DNA from: a virus
IMG/VR virus record: IMGVR_UViG_3300045988_143938
Strand: one strand, 5' to 3'
DNA length: 64,000 nucleotides
The notes under the pieces were generated by a model, which made no database searches, was not told the DNA's origin, and saw nothing but the letters and a program-made list of their open reading frames with translations. The position numbers and the translations under genes are program-made. Shown here piece after piece: positions 44,789-54,167 of the stretch (the stretch's first letter is position 1; each line of letters begins with the position of its first letter).

Positions 44789-45567
44789 AACAGCCCACGC
44801 AACAACAGATACAGGAAGCCAAAGATTTTATAAGGCAGCGGCTAAAGGCTGAATTATCCATGCAGAAGCATTTGGATAATCTTCTCTTGCAAGCCGCAAA
44901 CGAGATTGTGGATATATCTTTGAAGTATAAGATAAAACCGTCCATGTTCCGCTTTTCCGCAAATGAAAAACTCGAAAGGGAGGTAGGTGTTGTTATCGGA
45001 AAGTTGCGAGAGATGATTTACGACTATACCGAAACACTTTCCGTTTATGACAGGAAAGAAGAAAGGGAGGCTATCATTGCTTTTATAAATAGGGAAGATC
45101 ATGGAAAGACGCTTTCGGAGCGTATTGATATTTATTGCAACCGCTTTAAGTATGAGATAGAGGCTGCTGTCGCCGCCGGGCTTATTGCCGGGATAAGCCG
45201 AAACAAAATAAAGGACAGCATAAGGGAGAACCTTAAATCTCCGTATGATAGCTCCTATTTCAAAAAGGCCGTAGAATCCGGGGTATCCGCAGCAACCCGC
45301 ATTAATACAAATGGAATAAGTTATGGAGTAGGGAAGTCCAACTCTTCCTATAACTCACTGAATACCCTTACCCGGTATGCTATCGGGTCCGCATGGATGT
45401 GGTTTAATGGAGTTCATAAACAAAAAGAAGGAGCTATCGGTTTTTATTCATATAGAGGGAGCGGCTACCCATGCTCTTATTGTGATAGTATGGTCGGGTA
45501 TCATCCTATATCCGACTATCAGAGCCAGTGGCATATAAGGTGCTGTTGTTATTTTGTATTTGTATAA
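44785..45567 (+). CDS. head morphogenesis (SPP1 gp7 / Mu F-like) protein (260 aa)
   Basis: Positional call, with a 4-nt overlap with the portal gene. Cys/His-rich C-terminus. The family was not verified. Confidence 0.5.
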   Translation: MKQPTQQQIQEAKDFIRQRLKAELSMQKHLDNLLLQAANEIVDISLKYKIKPSMFRFSANEKLEREVGVVIGKLREMIYDYTETLSVYDRKEEREAIIAFINREDHGKTLSERIDIYCNRFKYEIEAAVAAGLIAGISRNKIKDSIRENLKSPYDSSYFKKAVESGVSAATRINTNGISYGVGKSNSSYNSLNTLTRYAIGSAWMWFNGVHKQKEGAIGFYSYRGSGYPCSYCDSMVGYHPISDYQSQWHIRCCCYFVFV

Positions 45568-45584
45568 TTAAAAGTTACAATAAT

Positions 45585-46142
45585 ATGTTGAGAGGTAAAG
45601 AGGAAAAAATCACATTCAGCAAAGGACTTGGGACCGAATGTAGGAAACTGGGAATCAGCGCAAAAGAAAAGGCTTTTGCAGACCTTTTAGCGCTGGGATG
45701 GAAAGATAAAGACGCTTATCTCATCTCCGGCCTTTATAACCCTGTGTATAATTTAGAGATGAATAAGAAGAATATGAATGCCCTCCTTTCCCAGGATAAG
45801 GACTTCATGGATTATCTTACCTTTATAAACAAGCGTGTAAATCGTAGACAGAAAGAGAGCGAGAAAGAGGAAGAGTTTTTGGTTGAAGGTGTTAGTGATG
45901 AAGATATTGCTTCTGAGCTTTCAAAGGAAAACCAGCTTCGTAAGCTTATCGCCGCCCGTAAAAAGTACGATGGCAAAGAGGGCTGCAAGGAATGGATAGA
46001 CCTCACCAAAATGATTGCAGACATCACGCAGATTAAGAAAGACGAGATAAAAGAAGAAGATACTACCACTCATTTTTATCTTCCAATTTCATGCAATAAT
46101 TGCTCCTTGTACCTTGCCGCTAAAAAGAAAGCCGGGAAATGA
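45585..46142 (+). CDS. hypothetical protein (possible small terminase; weak)
   Basis: ISAKEKAFADLLALGWKDKDAYLISG loosely resembles the HTH of small terminases. The start is at the ATG at 45585. Confidence 0.45.
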   Translation: MLRGKEEKITFSKGLGTECRKLGISAKEKAFADLLALGWKDKDAYLISGLYNPVYNLEMNKKNMNALLSQDKDFMDYLTFINKRVNRRQKESEKEEEFLVEGVSDEDIASELSKENQLRKLIAARKKYDGKEGCKEWIDLTKMIADITQIKKDEIKEEDTTTHFYLPISCNNCSLYLAAKKKAGK

Positions 46143-46178
46143 CACCCGGCTACTTCTTCCTTATACATAGGTTTGTGT

Positions 46179-46568
46179 TCAGTTTTTGTCTTTATCAGAC
46201 GCTTCCTCCATCTCCTTTTTCATCTCATACATCTGCCTTTCCTCCTCAATAATCTTGGCGTCCTCCTCGTCAGAAATCGGCTTGGCGTCCGCGCGGTCAA
46301 GGGCATCCCAGACTGCCTTTAGCACATCCACCTGCAACTTCGCGTCAATACAATTCCCTACATACTGGGTATTACGCAGCATTAGCATAGGCAGATTATC
46401 AACCCTGTCTTCTATCGGAACGCTATCCAATAGTACAAACATTATGCTTCCCGCGCTGTACTCAATGGAGAAATCACCGCATACCGTTGATGCCTTGATA
46501 AAAGGAATGCCGTCTTTCTTATACTTGAGAATAGTTATATTCCCGACTTGTGTCTTTCCGAAATCCAT
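46179..46568 (-). CDS. hypothetical protein with acidic tail (129 aa)
   Basis: Clean ORF downstream of the primase-helicase gene. Confidence 0.55.
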   Translation of the reverse strand: MDFGKTQVGNITILKYKKDGIPFIKASTVCGDFSIEYSAGSIMFVLLDSVPIEDRVDNLPMLMLRNTQYVGNCIDAKLQVDVLKAVWDALDRADAKPISDEEDAKIIEEERQMYEMKKEMEEASDKDKN

Positions 46569-46600
46569 AATCTTTTTGTGTTATATTTATTATTGCAAAT

Positions 46601-48208
46601 CTATTCTTCAACAAAATCATCACTCAGGAAATCATCATCCGAATATTCCCAGCCCTCAAACAGGTTCGTTTTCGCTTCTTCGGCAATGTTGGGTACATGT
46701 CTCATAAAATTGTTCGCGATGTCCTCGTTCCCACACCACAGATTATAAGAGTTGTTGTATCCCTTTTCCCTCACGTATCCGAGAGAAAGCATGTCGATAC
46801 CCAGCTTTCTTTGCGACATAGGGACGATCCCGTTCTTCTTGCAGAATCGTTCATAGTTCTTGTATATCTCCGATGATGTGAAATTGATAACGCCGCTTCC
46901 TTCAAATTCTTCGGGCTGGCACTCCTTGTATTTGAGGTATTCCGATATACTTCCGTCCACAAGCTTTCCGTCCCGTCCTATGACCGTAGAGCGTATCCTC
47001 TCCAGCTTCATATCTATCTTTCCTCCGAGATTCTCCGGCATCCTCCAGTTGTTTTTCTTTAGCTCGCAAAGACCTTTGACTATCCAAGCCATTATGCCGG
47101 CATGTTCCGATTTGAGCCTTTCCGCGAGCATGGTATCCCTTTTCTCTACGGGGATAGTCTTGTCGAAATTAAGTACGAGCGCCCGTCTCTGCATACTCTC
47201 ATCATCCGGGTCCTCCCGGTTAAGAAAGTCCTTTGGCTGCCAACGGTAGTTAGAGTTACACAGCATGATAGGCGGTCTTTGCATCATCGTTATATTGCCG
47301 CCTATTCCCCGGCAGGCAATAGGTTCCCCGCTGGAGATAGCCTTTATGATGCTCATATCCTTAAAATCCCCTCGGTTACTCTCCGTACAGTACATAAGCC
47401 TCTTCCCGGACATGGAATACGCAGCACGAAGCTGTTCATCACCTCTGCTGGCAAACTGGCTCATCTTGATATTAAGTATCTCGTCCTCTCCGAACATATC
47501 CTTAAGCACCCGGTAGATAACACTCTTCCCGTTTGCTCCCGTACCTTGCAATATCAGGAAATACTCAAAGCTTATATTACGTCTGTTGACAAGACAGGCT
47601 CCAAGAAACATCTGTAATATTCTCCGCTTGTGCTTCTCAGGAAGAACACCGTCCATATCATCCGTAGGCATCCAGTTCTCTCCGAGGAAACTTCTCCATA
47701 TAGGACAGTTGAATATCTCCTTGCGGTCATACTTGAACGGATACATCTTCACACAATCAAAGCGGGGAGAGTGGGGATAGGTCTTTAACCGGTTCATGTC
47801 AACGACACAGTTAGTGAAGCACATAATACTAAGGTCGGGACGAAGCTCATGGTCCCGGATAACATTGATTATACGGTTCATATAGGCATACATGGCCTTA
47901 TTGGTACGGTCACGAGCTGCAACACCCATCTTCTCAAGCCACCTGTCTACGGCATCATACAGGACATTGTAATCCATGAACTCATATATCTTACCCGTAA
48001 AAACATACAAGGAGCTATAATGAGAGGTGTTATCCCTCGTCAAAACACCATAACCCTCCCTGAATAACTCCTCAAGGCGTCTGCCGTATCTGTCTGTGCG
48101 CTCAGGATTGCTTGTAACCAAAGATATATCCCTGAACGTAGCCGCATATTCATCGCAATGTTCGGATAATAATCCAAGTACGTAATCCTTTAAATCCTTC
48201 CTATCCAT
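46601..48208 (-). CDS. P4/D5-family primase-helicase (SF3 NTPase)
   Basis: Walker A LILQGTGANGKSV, LMYCTES (Walker B-like), and size and context next to origin-like DNA. Confidence 0.8.
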   Translation of the reverse strand: MDRKDLKDYVLGLLSEHCDEYAATFRDISLVTSNPERTDRYGRRLEELFREGYGVLTRDNTSHYSSLYVFTGKIYEFMDYNVLYDAVDRWLEKMGVAARDRTNKAMYAYMNRIINVIRDHELRPDLSIMCFTNCVVDMNRLKTYPHSPRFDCVKMYPFKYDRKEIFNCPIWRSFLGENWMPTDDMDGVLPEKHKRRILQMFLGACLVNRRNISFEYFLILQGTGANGKSVIYRVLKDMFGEDEILNIKMSQFASRGDEQLRAAYSMSGKRLMYCTESNRGDFKDMSIIKAISSGEPIACRGIGGNITMMQRPPIMLCNSNYRWQPKDFLNREDPDDESMQRRALVLNFDKTIPVEKRDTMLAERLKSEHAGIMAWIVKGLCELKKNNWRMPENLGGKIDMKLERIRSTVIGRDGKLVDGSISEYLKYKECQPEEFEGSGVINFTSSEIYKNYERFCKKNGIVPMSQRKLGIDMLSLGYVREKGYNNSYNLWCGNEDIANNFMRHVPNIAEEAKTNLFEGWEYSDDDFLSDDFVEE

Positions 48209-48348
48209 ATTTATTATATAACGTTTTTATAAGCATACCATAAAGAACATAACGGAACTGGGATTAGGTCTCATTCTTAAAAATAACATCTTCTCTTCTC
48301 TCTTTTGAGGGTTAAAAATATATATATATGTTCTTTATCATCATTATG

Positions 48349-48356
48349 CAAATATA
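48349..48356 (-). promoter_or_regulatory. -7 box TATATTTG (minus strand) for the primase-helicase gene
   Basis: Exact TAnnTTTG match about 140 nt upstream of the ATG at 48208. Confidence 0.45.
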
Positions 48357-48381
48357 CAACTACTTGATAATAAAACAAGTA

Positions 48382-48422
48382 ATTTTCTAAAAAAATAGGG
48401 GTAAAATTTAGAAAATAGGTGA
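48382..48422. promoter_or_regulatory. motif locus 4: ATTTTCTA (48382-89) and GGGTAAAATTTAGAAAATAGGTGA (48399-422)
   Basis: The 24-mer matches 40459-82 at 23 of 24 positions. Confidence 0.65.
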
Positions 48423-49127
48423 TTTTTTAGAGAATAACGGGAGTTATTGAAAAAATACGGCTTTTTTGGAGGGTAAAACATCCTTACAAATGCGGGAAAT
48501 TGGACAAAAAATGGGGGAAAATAAAAATTTTTAGGGGTGGTGATTACATCCGATATTCTTACATATAATAGGGGTGGGGTGGGGTGCTTTCTACGTGGTT
48601 GTGTATGGTGTATTATTGATTATAAATGTGTTATAGTTTATATTATTGCTATAATATAAAGTTGTAATATCATTACAAAAGAGGATAATTTTCCGAATAT
48701 CACGAAAGCTCCAAAATAAACGTAATTCATTGATTGTCAACCAAATACCCCAATCTCCTTAACCTGCAACTACAACATAACCGTATAATCACCTATTAAC
48801 CAGTCAATTACCCATACATAATTAATCCTATTATACCCCTGTATTCCTATTATAAATAATATCTATAAATTAATTATCTGCAATAGATAAAATCTATTAT
48901 GAGGCTATGCTTGTTGATCCAGTTATTATATACTTATACGTTCGTATGCTATAATGTTCCTATATACCCTATTATTTAGTATTATATATTTACATTGGTA
49001 TGCATGTGTTGTTACGCTTATATATCATTGTAAATCAATGTATTATGATTATATATTTTATGCTGTAAAACATGCTTATTTTATTGAAATATTTTGCTAT
49101 TTTCTTTGCTGTTTCAAATATAATTCG

Positions 49128-49135
49128 TATATTTG
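49128..49135 (+). promoter_or_regulatory. -7 box TATATTTG
   Basis: Exact match at the start of the rightward gene string. Confidence 0.45.
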
Positions 49136-49374
49136 TAATGTAAGAAAGAGGTAAACATAAGGCCTTTAATCTTACAAGCGTTGTTTATATGATGAGATAT
49201 AAAAGAACCTGCTAACACAGGGAATGCTAACAGGTTCAAAGAAGGGAATAACTTAGATAAGTACCCAACAGGAAAGGCAAAGGTACTTATCTTGGTTTAA
49301 ACTTCCAAATTATCCGCTTATAAAATTTAGACGCTGTAATAAAGTTGAATTATAAACATTTAAATATTACAGTT

Positions 49375-49770
49375 ATGAAGACATTAGAAAGTATCTTTTC
49401 AGAGATTAAAGAAGCTGGTGTAATCACTAAACAGCAATTACAGTTATTAAAGAACCGTTCTAACAGAGAACAGAAAGACGTTATCAACTACGATTGGATT
49501 GAAAGTATCGGAGACGGTTACGGTATTCCCTTGACAGAGGAGCAAGGCGAACAGGGCTTGAAGTGGTTAAAGAAGTTCATCAAGAAGAACGGAGAAAGTA
49601 ACGTTTTTGGATATAGAGAGCTTGAAATAATTGGTAGTGCTTCTCCTTGTGATTTTGTTTTTAAAGGTTTTTATGATGCCGGTAACGGTTGGTTTAGAAA
49701 CTTCCTGCCTATCTACCAGCTTAACGGAATGGAATATATTCCCATGAAAGAACCTTATATCATAGGATAA
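49375..49770 (+). CDS. hypothetical protein (131 aa)
   Basis: ATG at 49375. The track start 49345 is a TTG. Confidence 0.6.
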   Translation: MKTLESIFSEIKEAGVITKQQLQLLKNRSNREQKDVINYDWIESIGDGYGIPLTEEQGEQGLKWLKKFIKKNGESNVFGYRELEIIGSASPCDFVFKGFYDAGNGWFRNFLPIYQLNGMEYIPMKEPYIIG

Positions 49771-49771
49771 T

Positions 49772-49873
49772 ATGTTCTGCGTTATGTTGCTATTGTTCGG
49801 TGCTGTGTTGTTCATCAGCGGCACCGATATTACAGAGATAAGAAAATACAAGGATCAATCAGATAAATTTTAA
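49772..49873 (+). CDS. mini TM protein (33 aa)
   Basis: MFCVMLLLFGAVLFISGTDITEIRKYKDQSDKF fills the gap between flanking genes. Confidence 0.3.
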   Translation: MFCVMLLLFGAVLFISGTDITEIRKYKDQSDKF

Positions 49874-49877
49874 GGTT

Positions 49878-50117
49878 ATGAAAAAGTTAATATATACACT
49901 GTTACTTATTTTGACAAGCGCCGTTTGTTTCTCCAATGGGAATAATATACATACTATCTACTCGTTTGCCAAGACACAAAGCGATACTATTTTCATGGTA
50001 AGCGTGAAGGGTGATAAGGTGACTAAGATTAACGGGTATAAAAACCCGGATCACCTCTCTAAATTAAATAAAGCTTTAGACGAAAATAGTAATAAGGTTT
50101 TGAGGCTTTCAAAGTAA
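49878..50117 (+). CDS. secreted small protein (79 aa)
   Basis: N-terminal signal-like sequence MKKLIYTLLLILTSAVCFS. Confidence 0.55.
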   Translation: MKKLIYTLLLILTSAVCFSNGNNIHTIYSFAKTQSDTIFMVSVKGDKVTKINGYKNPDHLSKLNKALDENSNKVLRLSK

Positions 50118-50140
50118 TAACAAATAAAATATATACAATT

Positions 50141-50344
50141 ATGAGAACAAAAACACAGCTTTCAGATTTTAACTTCCAGTTTTCCGGATACGGGCATTAT
50201 AGAGTATCTTATACAAGTCCGGCAACCGGCAAGCAATGGAGTACGGTAATCAGTGACATGACATTGATAGACGCTACCAAGAATGCGGACGAGCCGAAAC
50301 GGAAAGATTTGGAAGCGTTGAAACGGTTATGTAAGAATAATTAA
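50141..50344 (+). CDS. hypothetical protein (67 aa)
   Basis: Packed ORF. Confidence 0.5.
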   Translation: MRTKTQLSDFNFQFSGYGHYRVSYTSPATGKQWSTVISDMTLIDATKNADEPKRKDLEALKRLCKNN

Positions 50345-50357
50345 AAGATATACGATT

Positions 50358-50654
50358 ATGGCAAAGACATTAAAGCAGTTAAGCGATCAGCAAGAGAGAT
50401 TTAATAAGCTGTGGAAATATGCAAGTAATAGCACAAAACGGCTTGCAAAAAGGGTTTGGATAGTGAGATATCAAGAAGTTCATAAAACTTGTGATTGCGG
50501 GCAATATTCGAATAATATGCCCGGCGGCTTCCTCCCTGATTACGCAGTACATTACGCTGCTAAGATTAACGGAGGGAAAGCAACGGAATATTACGACGGC
50601 TTTAAGCTTGATAAAATTGCATCCGACATATTTAATAGGGTGGCAATGTTTTAA
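50358..50654 (+). CDS. hypothetical protein (98 aa)
   Basis: Packed ORF. Confidence 0.55.
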   Translation: MAKTLKQLSDQQERFNKLWKYASNSTKRLAKRVWIVRYQEVHKTCDCGQYSNNMPGGFLPDYAVHYAAKINGGKATEYYDGFKLDKIASDIFNRVAMF

Positions 50655-50682
50655 TTGATTTTCAACTTTAAAACAAAAGGAT

Positions 50683-50877
50683 ATGAAAAAAAACTATTTC
50701 ATACAGATAAACGAGGAAGTGCGCAGTATAATGCTTCAACCATGCAGCGCTTTTGAGGCTATAAGATTGTTGAATTTTTACAGGGATGGGATAAGCTTAC
50801 TAAAAGATACACAACAAGTTACAAGCATTGAACTGTATAAGATTGGCGAATCATTGCCAAAACGAACTTTAATATAA
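50683..50877 (+). CDS. hypothetical protein (64 aa)
   Basis: Packed ORF. Confidence 0.5.
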   Translation: MKKNYFIQINEEVRSIMLQPCSAFEAIRLLNFYRDGISLLKDTQQVTSIELYKIGESLPKRTLI

Positions 50878-50890
50878 GGAGGAATAAACT

Positions 50891-51031
50891 ATGTATTTAG
50901 GCTTTATACTTTGGGCGATAATTTTAGTTGTGATCGTGTGGAATACTAACCCGGCACTAGTTATTATATCCGTAGTGATAGGGGTTGTGTTTGCGATTGC
51001 AAAAACAACAGATAATAAACCAAAAGAATGA
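50891..51031 (+). CDS. mini 2-TM protein (46 aa)
   Basis: MYLGFILWAIILVVIVWNTNPALVIISVVIGVVFAIAKTTDNKPKE. GGAGGAATAAACT lies upstream. Confidence 0.4.
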   Translation: MYLGFILWAIILVVIVWNTNPALVIISVVIGVVFAIAKTTDNKPKE

Positions 51032-51032
51032 C

Positions 51033-51875
51033 ATGGAAACATTGAAGGACGTTTTTTTGAAAAAATACCCGCAATACGGAAAGGTGCTGCGGGTATATGA
51101 AGAGGTTAACGAAACGGAGTGCACCTTCGAGAGTATTACAAAACCAAGGTTGTACAACTTCGTTCAGGCTCTTAATGACAGGCTGGCAACAAACAGTGCT
51201 AAAACCTATTGCGCTATGTTTAAATCGGTTCTTAACCTGTACAGCGATATGTATTCTTTCCCGAAAGGCTTTGAAGCTATATTAACCCTGAAGAAGGACG
51301 CAACGCAAAGTACATGGTTAACGGATGAAGAAATTAAAAAACTACTCTCATACGATCCGGCTAATGATACAGAACGGACAGTGAAAAACTGTTTTCTTCT
51401 CGGTTGTCTGACAGGTGCAAGACATTCGGACTACGTATGTTTTACAGAGGACAATATAATAGACGGACGACTGGTCTATATTTCCCAAAAAACAAAAACG
51501 AAAGCGGAGATTCCAGCGGCTCCGGCTGTGTTACGGATATTAGAGGAAAACAAAAAGTACAACCTTAGCCAGCGGAAACTGTCTGATGTGACATTTAATG
51601 ATACGATAAGAAGTATATGCCGGAAGTGTGGAATAAACCAACGAATAAAACTGTATCAGGCGGGCGAATATGCAACAGGGGAAAAGTGGGAGTTTATTTC
51701 CTCGCATTCAGCGCGGAAGTCTTGCGCAACCAACTTATATTTAAGGGGAGCGGATCTGTATTCTATCAGCCGGATGTTAGGACACTCCAGTGTAACCATG
51801 ACGGAAACGTATATTTGTTGCGGGCTGCGTGAATTGTCAGATAAGATAATAGGATATTTCAACGGGTTTAAATAA
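51033..51875 (+). CDS. tyrosine recombinase (short, 280 aa)
   Basis: The catalytic set is visible: GARHSD (Arg), SHSARKSCAT (His-x-x-Arg) and LGHSSVTMTETY (His...Tyr). Confidence 0.8.
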   Translation: METLKDVFLKKYPQYGKVLRVYEEVNETECTFESITKPRLYNFVQALNDRLATNSAKTYCAMFKSVLNLYSDMYSFPKGFEAILTLKKDATQSTWLTDEEIKKLLSYDPANDTERTVKNCFLLGCLTGARHSDYVCFTEDNIIDGRLVYISQKTKTKAEIPAAPAVLRILEENKKYNLSQRKLSDVTFNDTIRSICRKCGINQRIKLYQAGEYATGEKWEFISSHSARKSCATNLYLRGADLYSISRMLGHSSVTMTETYICCGLRELSDKIIGYFNGFK

Positions 51876-51955
51876 TATGCTTTAAAACATACTGTATAAG
51901 ATGAATTAAAGAGAGATAAACGGTATTTTTGCAAACAATTTTAAAAAAAAAGGTT

Positions 51956-52156
51956 ATGAAAACTTACGATGTACACTTCAACGACGCTAACGACTCTAAT
52001 AGCAAAGGTTTTAATGAATCATTTGAGTATTGCAAAAATTATATAGAAACCTATAACGGCACCAATGAATCATATTTCGAGGACTACAAGGGAGGAATCG
52101 TATCGATCGTGTGTAATGAAACCGGAGAAGAGGTTTATTCGGAGGATATAAGATAG
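51956..52156 (+). CDS. hypothetical acidic protein (66 aa)
   Basis: ATG at 51956. Confidence 0.5.
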   Translation: MKTYDVHFNDANDSNSKGFNESFEYCKNYIETYNGTNESYFEDYKGGIVSIVCNETGEEVYSEDIR

Positions 52157-52157
52157 A

Positions 52158-52400
52158 ATGGAGCAAGAAAGTAGATACGCATACGACGAGGAAAGCGTAA
52201 AACATATTGTGCACTGGGCTTTAACGGCCCAGCTGCCTACTCAAATAGAGTTGAGCGAATCGGAGAGTATATTTGATGTTAAGAAGTACATACAGGCGAA
52301 CATAAACGACATAAACCAACATTTTCCGGACCCATTTTACAATCCGGCAATTGATAGACTGTACAGGTTGAAGGAATTTATGGATAACTCGCAATCCTGA
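52158..52400 (+). CDS. hypothetical protein (80 aa)
   Basis: Starts 2 nt after the upstream stop. Confidence 0.5.
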   Translation: MEQESRYAYDEESVKHIVHWALTAQLPTQIELSESESIFDVKKYIQANINDINQHFPDPFYNPAIDRLYRLKEFMDNSQS

Positions 52401-52417
52401 AACGAACATATACACAC

Positions 52418-52465
52418 AGCCCGGCGAACGATTTTGCATCTTTATAAGACCTCTTCCGCCGGGCT
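52418..52465. terminator. 9-bp inverted repeat between convergent genes
   Basis: AGCCCGGCG 52418-26 pairs with CGCCGGGCT 52457-65. Confidence 0.5.
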
Positions 52466-52471
52466 ATTGAA

Positions 52472-53605
52472 TTACAATTTACTGTCCATCTTTTCAAATT
52501 CTTCTTGTACGGACTTGTTTAGCACTTTGGCGTAGATCTGTGTAGTTTTTATATCCGTATGTCCCATCATTTTTGCAAGGTTTTCAATCGAAACTCCCAT
52601 ATTCAATGCCATAACCGCAAAACTATGCCGGGCCATGTGCGAATGTAGGTTTTGTTTTATCCTCGCGAGCTCCTGAACGACTTTCAGTCTTAAATTATAC
52701 TGATAGTTGCTTATTACGGGCAGTTTGAAATCGTATTTTTGCAGAATTTCCATTGCGGGCTTAAGAAGCATCAGGAAATACTCTTCTTCCGTTTTTACTC
52801 TTACGTCTCTTATAAAGAATTTGTTCCCTTTCTTGATTACACCGCTAAAATCAAAGTTGAACAAATCTGCATAAGACAAACCCGTAAAACATTGGAATAC
52901 GAACAAGTCTCTAACCCGTTCAATGCTCTCGGATGCCGTTTTTAAGCCTTGTATTTGCTTTATCTGTTCTAAGGTGAGGTATTTTATACCTTCGCTCTTT
53001 CCGCGCTCAAATTTGAGCTTATTATACGGGTTGTCTTTCAGCAAATCATATTTGATGGCTTCGTTTATATATCTTTTCAGGCGCTTATGATAACCATGTA
53101 TTGTCGTCTGCTTGTTGTACTTCCCATGAAGGAAATTGTCATAGTGCATTATGTTAGCCGTAGTAACGTCCGTAAAGTAAACGATCCGACCGAACTCTTT
53201 CAGGGATGTTATTAAGGAGGCATGCGTATTTAACGTTCCTTGCCTGAGGTCGGTTCTTTCGCCCACTCTCCGTTTTATAAAATCTATAAAGCTTTCTTTT
53301 GTTTGGGAATACTTTAAAAAGTGTTCCAGCTTATCAAAACTGAAAGGTTCTTTGTTTTTTACCAACCCGTTTATGAACTCGTTGATGTTCCGCATTTGCG
53401 TATCAAGCCTTTCGTTGAGGTCTAAAGATTGAACGGTATTCTTAACCTTTGTTTTTTCGCTCCATTGGTCGGAATACAACCGAACGCCTGTACTTAACCA
53501 TTTTCTTTTCCGTTCAAACAAAATTTCTATTTGAACGGTTCCTTTCGTTGTCTTGCTTGCCGTATGTTTACGGTCAAAAACAAACCTTAATACTGGATAC
53601 TTCAT
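52472..53605 (-). CDS. int: site-specific integrase (Bacteroides-type tyrosine recombinase, 377 aa)
   Basis: The N-terminal MKYPVLRFVFDRKHTASKTTKGTVQIEILF arm-binding style is typical of Bacteroidetes integrases. C-terminus: HMARHSFAVMALNMGVSIENLAKMMGHTDIKTTQIYAKV. Confidence 0.9.
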   Translation of the reverse strand: MKYPVLRFVFDRKHTASKTTKGTVQIEILFERKRKWLSTGVRLYSDQWSEKTKVKNTVQSLDLNERLDTQMRNINEFINGLVKNKEPFSFDKLEHFLKYSQTKESFIDFIKRRVGERTDLRQGTLNTHASLITSLKEFGRIVYFTDVTTANIMHYDNFLHGKYNKQTTIHGYHKRLKRYINEAIKYDLLKDNPYNKLKFERGKSEGIKYLTLEQIKQIQGLKTASESIERVRDLFVFQCFTGLSYADLFNFDFSGVIKKGNKFFIRDVRVKTEEEYFLMLLKPAMEILQKYDFKLPVISNYQYNLRLKVVQELARIKQNLHSHMARHSFAVMALNMGVSIENLAKMMGHTDIKTTQIYAKVLNKSVQEEFEKMDSKL

Positions 53606-53619
53606 AATTTAAAAGATTT

Positions 53620-53697
53620 GGTATCACACAAGGGTATCACATTTGTATCACATTTCGTGAAATAGAATGAAATAGAATGAACTAAAATGAAACAACA
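53620..53697. repeat. clustered direct repeats next to int: (G)GTATCACA x3, then four 10-bp TGAA-phased units
   Basis: GTATCACA occurs at 53621, 53634 and 53645. The units TGAAATAGAA, TGAAATAGAA, TGAACTAAAA and TGAAACAACA span 53658-97. Confidence 0.8.
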
Positions 53698-53722
53698 TTA
53701 GCGGTGTGTTTGTTCTCCTAAA

Positions 53723-53932
53723 TCATTGATTATTACGTAAAACGCTGATAATAAACAAAAAGGGACTACGTTTTTGTAATCCCTTGCTGTGATCCGCAAG
53801 AAATGTGCAAACTTTAGTATCTTTAAATAATTTATACGACAAAGGGTCTATTTCATTTTTGTCAATATAATCTCCATTTATCATTCTTTTTAAGAGAATT
53901 TCCGTATTACTGTATTTTTCATAGTTTTCCAT
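53723..53932 (-). CDS. hypothetical protein (69 aa)
   Basis: The start is set at MENYEKY. The longer track ORF extends into AT-rich promoter-like DNA. Confidence 0.35.
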   Translation of the reverse strand: MENYEKYSNTEILLKRMINGDYIDKNEIDPLSYKLFKDTKVCTFLADHSKGLQKRSPFLFIISVLRNNQ

Positions 53933-54116
53933 ACTCTTAAAATTCAAATAGTTACATAAAATATGTTTTATAACATATAGAATAGTGTGCAAATAATACA
54001 AAATATATACTATCTTTGCATTGTTGTTAGAACGATAGAACGACAGCAACAATACATAAAAAACAGAAGCAGCTATAAAAACCGCTTATTAGTATTTGTT
54101 GATGGCAAAAATAACA

Positions 54117-54157
54117 ATTTTCTAAATAAAATCAAATAAAACATAGAAAATAGGTGA
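54117..54157. promoter_or_regulatory. motif locus 5: ATTTTCTA (54117-24) and TAGAAAATAGGTGA (54144-57)
   Basis: Inverted pair 10 nt upstream of the ATG at 54168. Confidence 0.6.
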
Positions 54158-54167
54158 AATAAATAGT

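Larger units (their letters stand above)
48209..49127. other. AT-rich non-coding region, putative replication origin
   Basis: No credible ORF. TAGGGGT occurs three times (48396, 48532, 48569). GGGTAAAA occurs twice. GGGGTGGGGTGGGGTG is at 48571-86. About 500 bp of very AT-rich DNA follows. Adjacent to the primase-helicase gene. Confidence 0.45.

Noticed and set aside
48571-48586. G-quadruplex at GGGGTGGGGTGGGGTG
   Set aside because: Only three G runs of three or more lie in close succession, and a canonical intramolecular G4 needs four. It is noted only as part of the G-rich repeat set.
48954-49154. 66-aa ORF in the origin-like region
   Set aside because: It consists of Tyr/Ile/Phe/Cys-rich translation of extremely AT-rich DNA, with no neighbours, no coupling and no motif.
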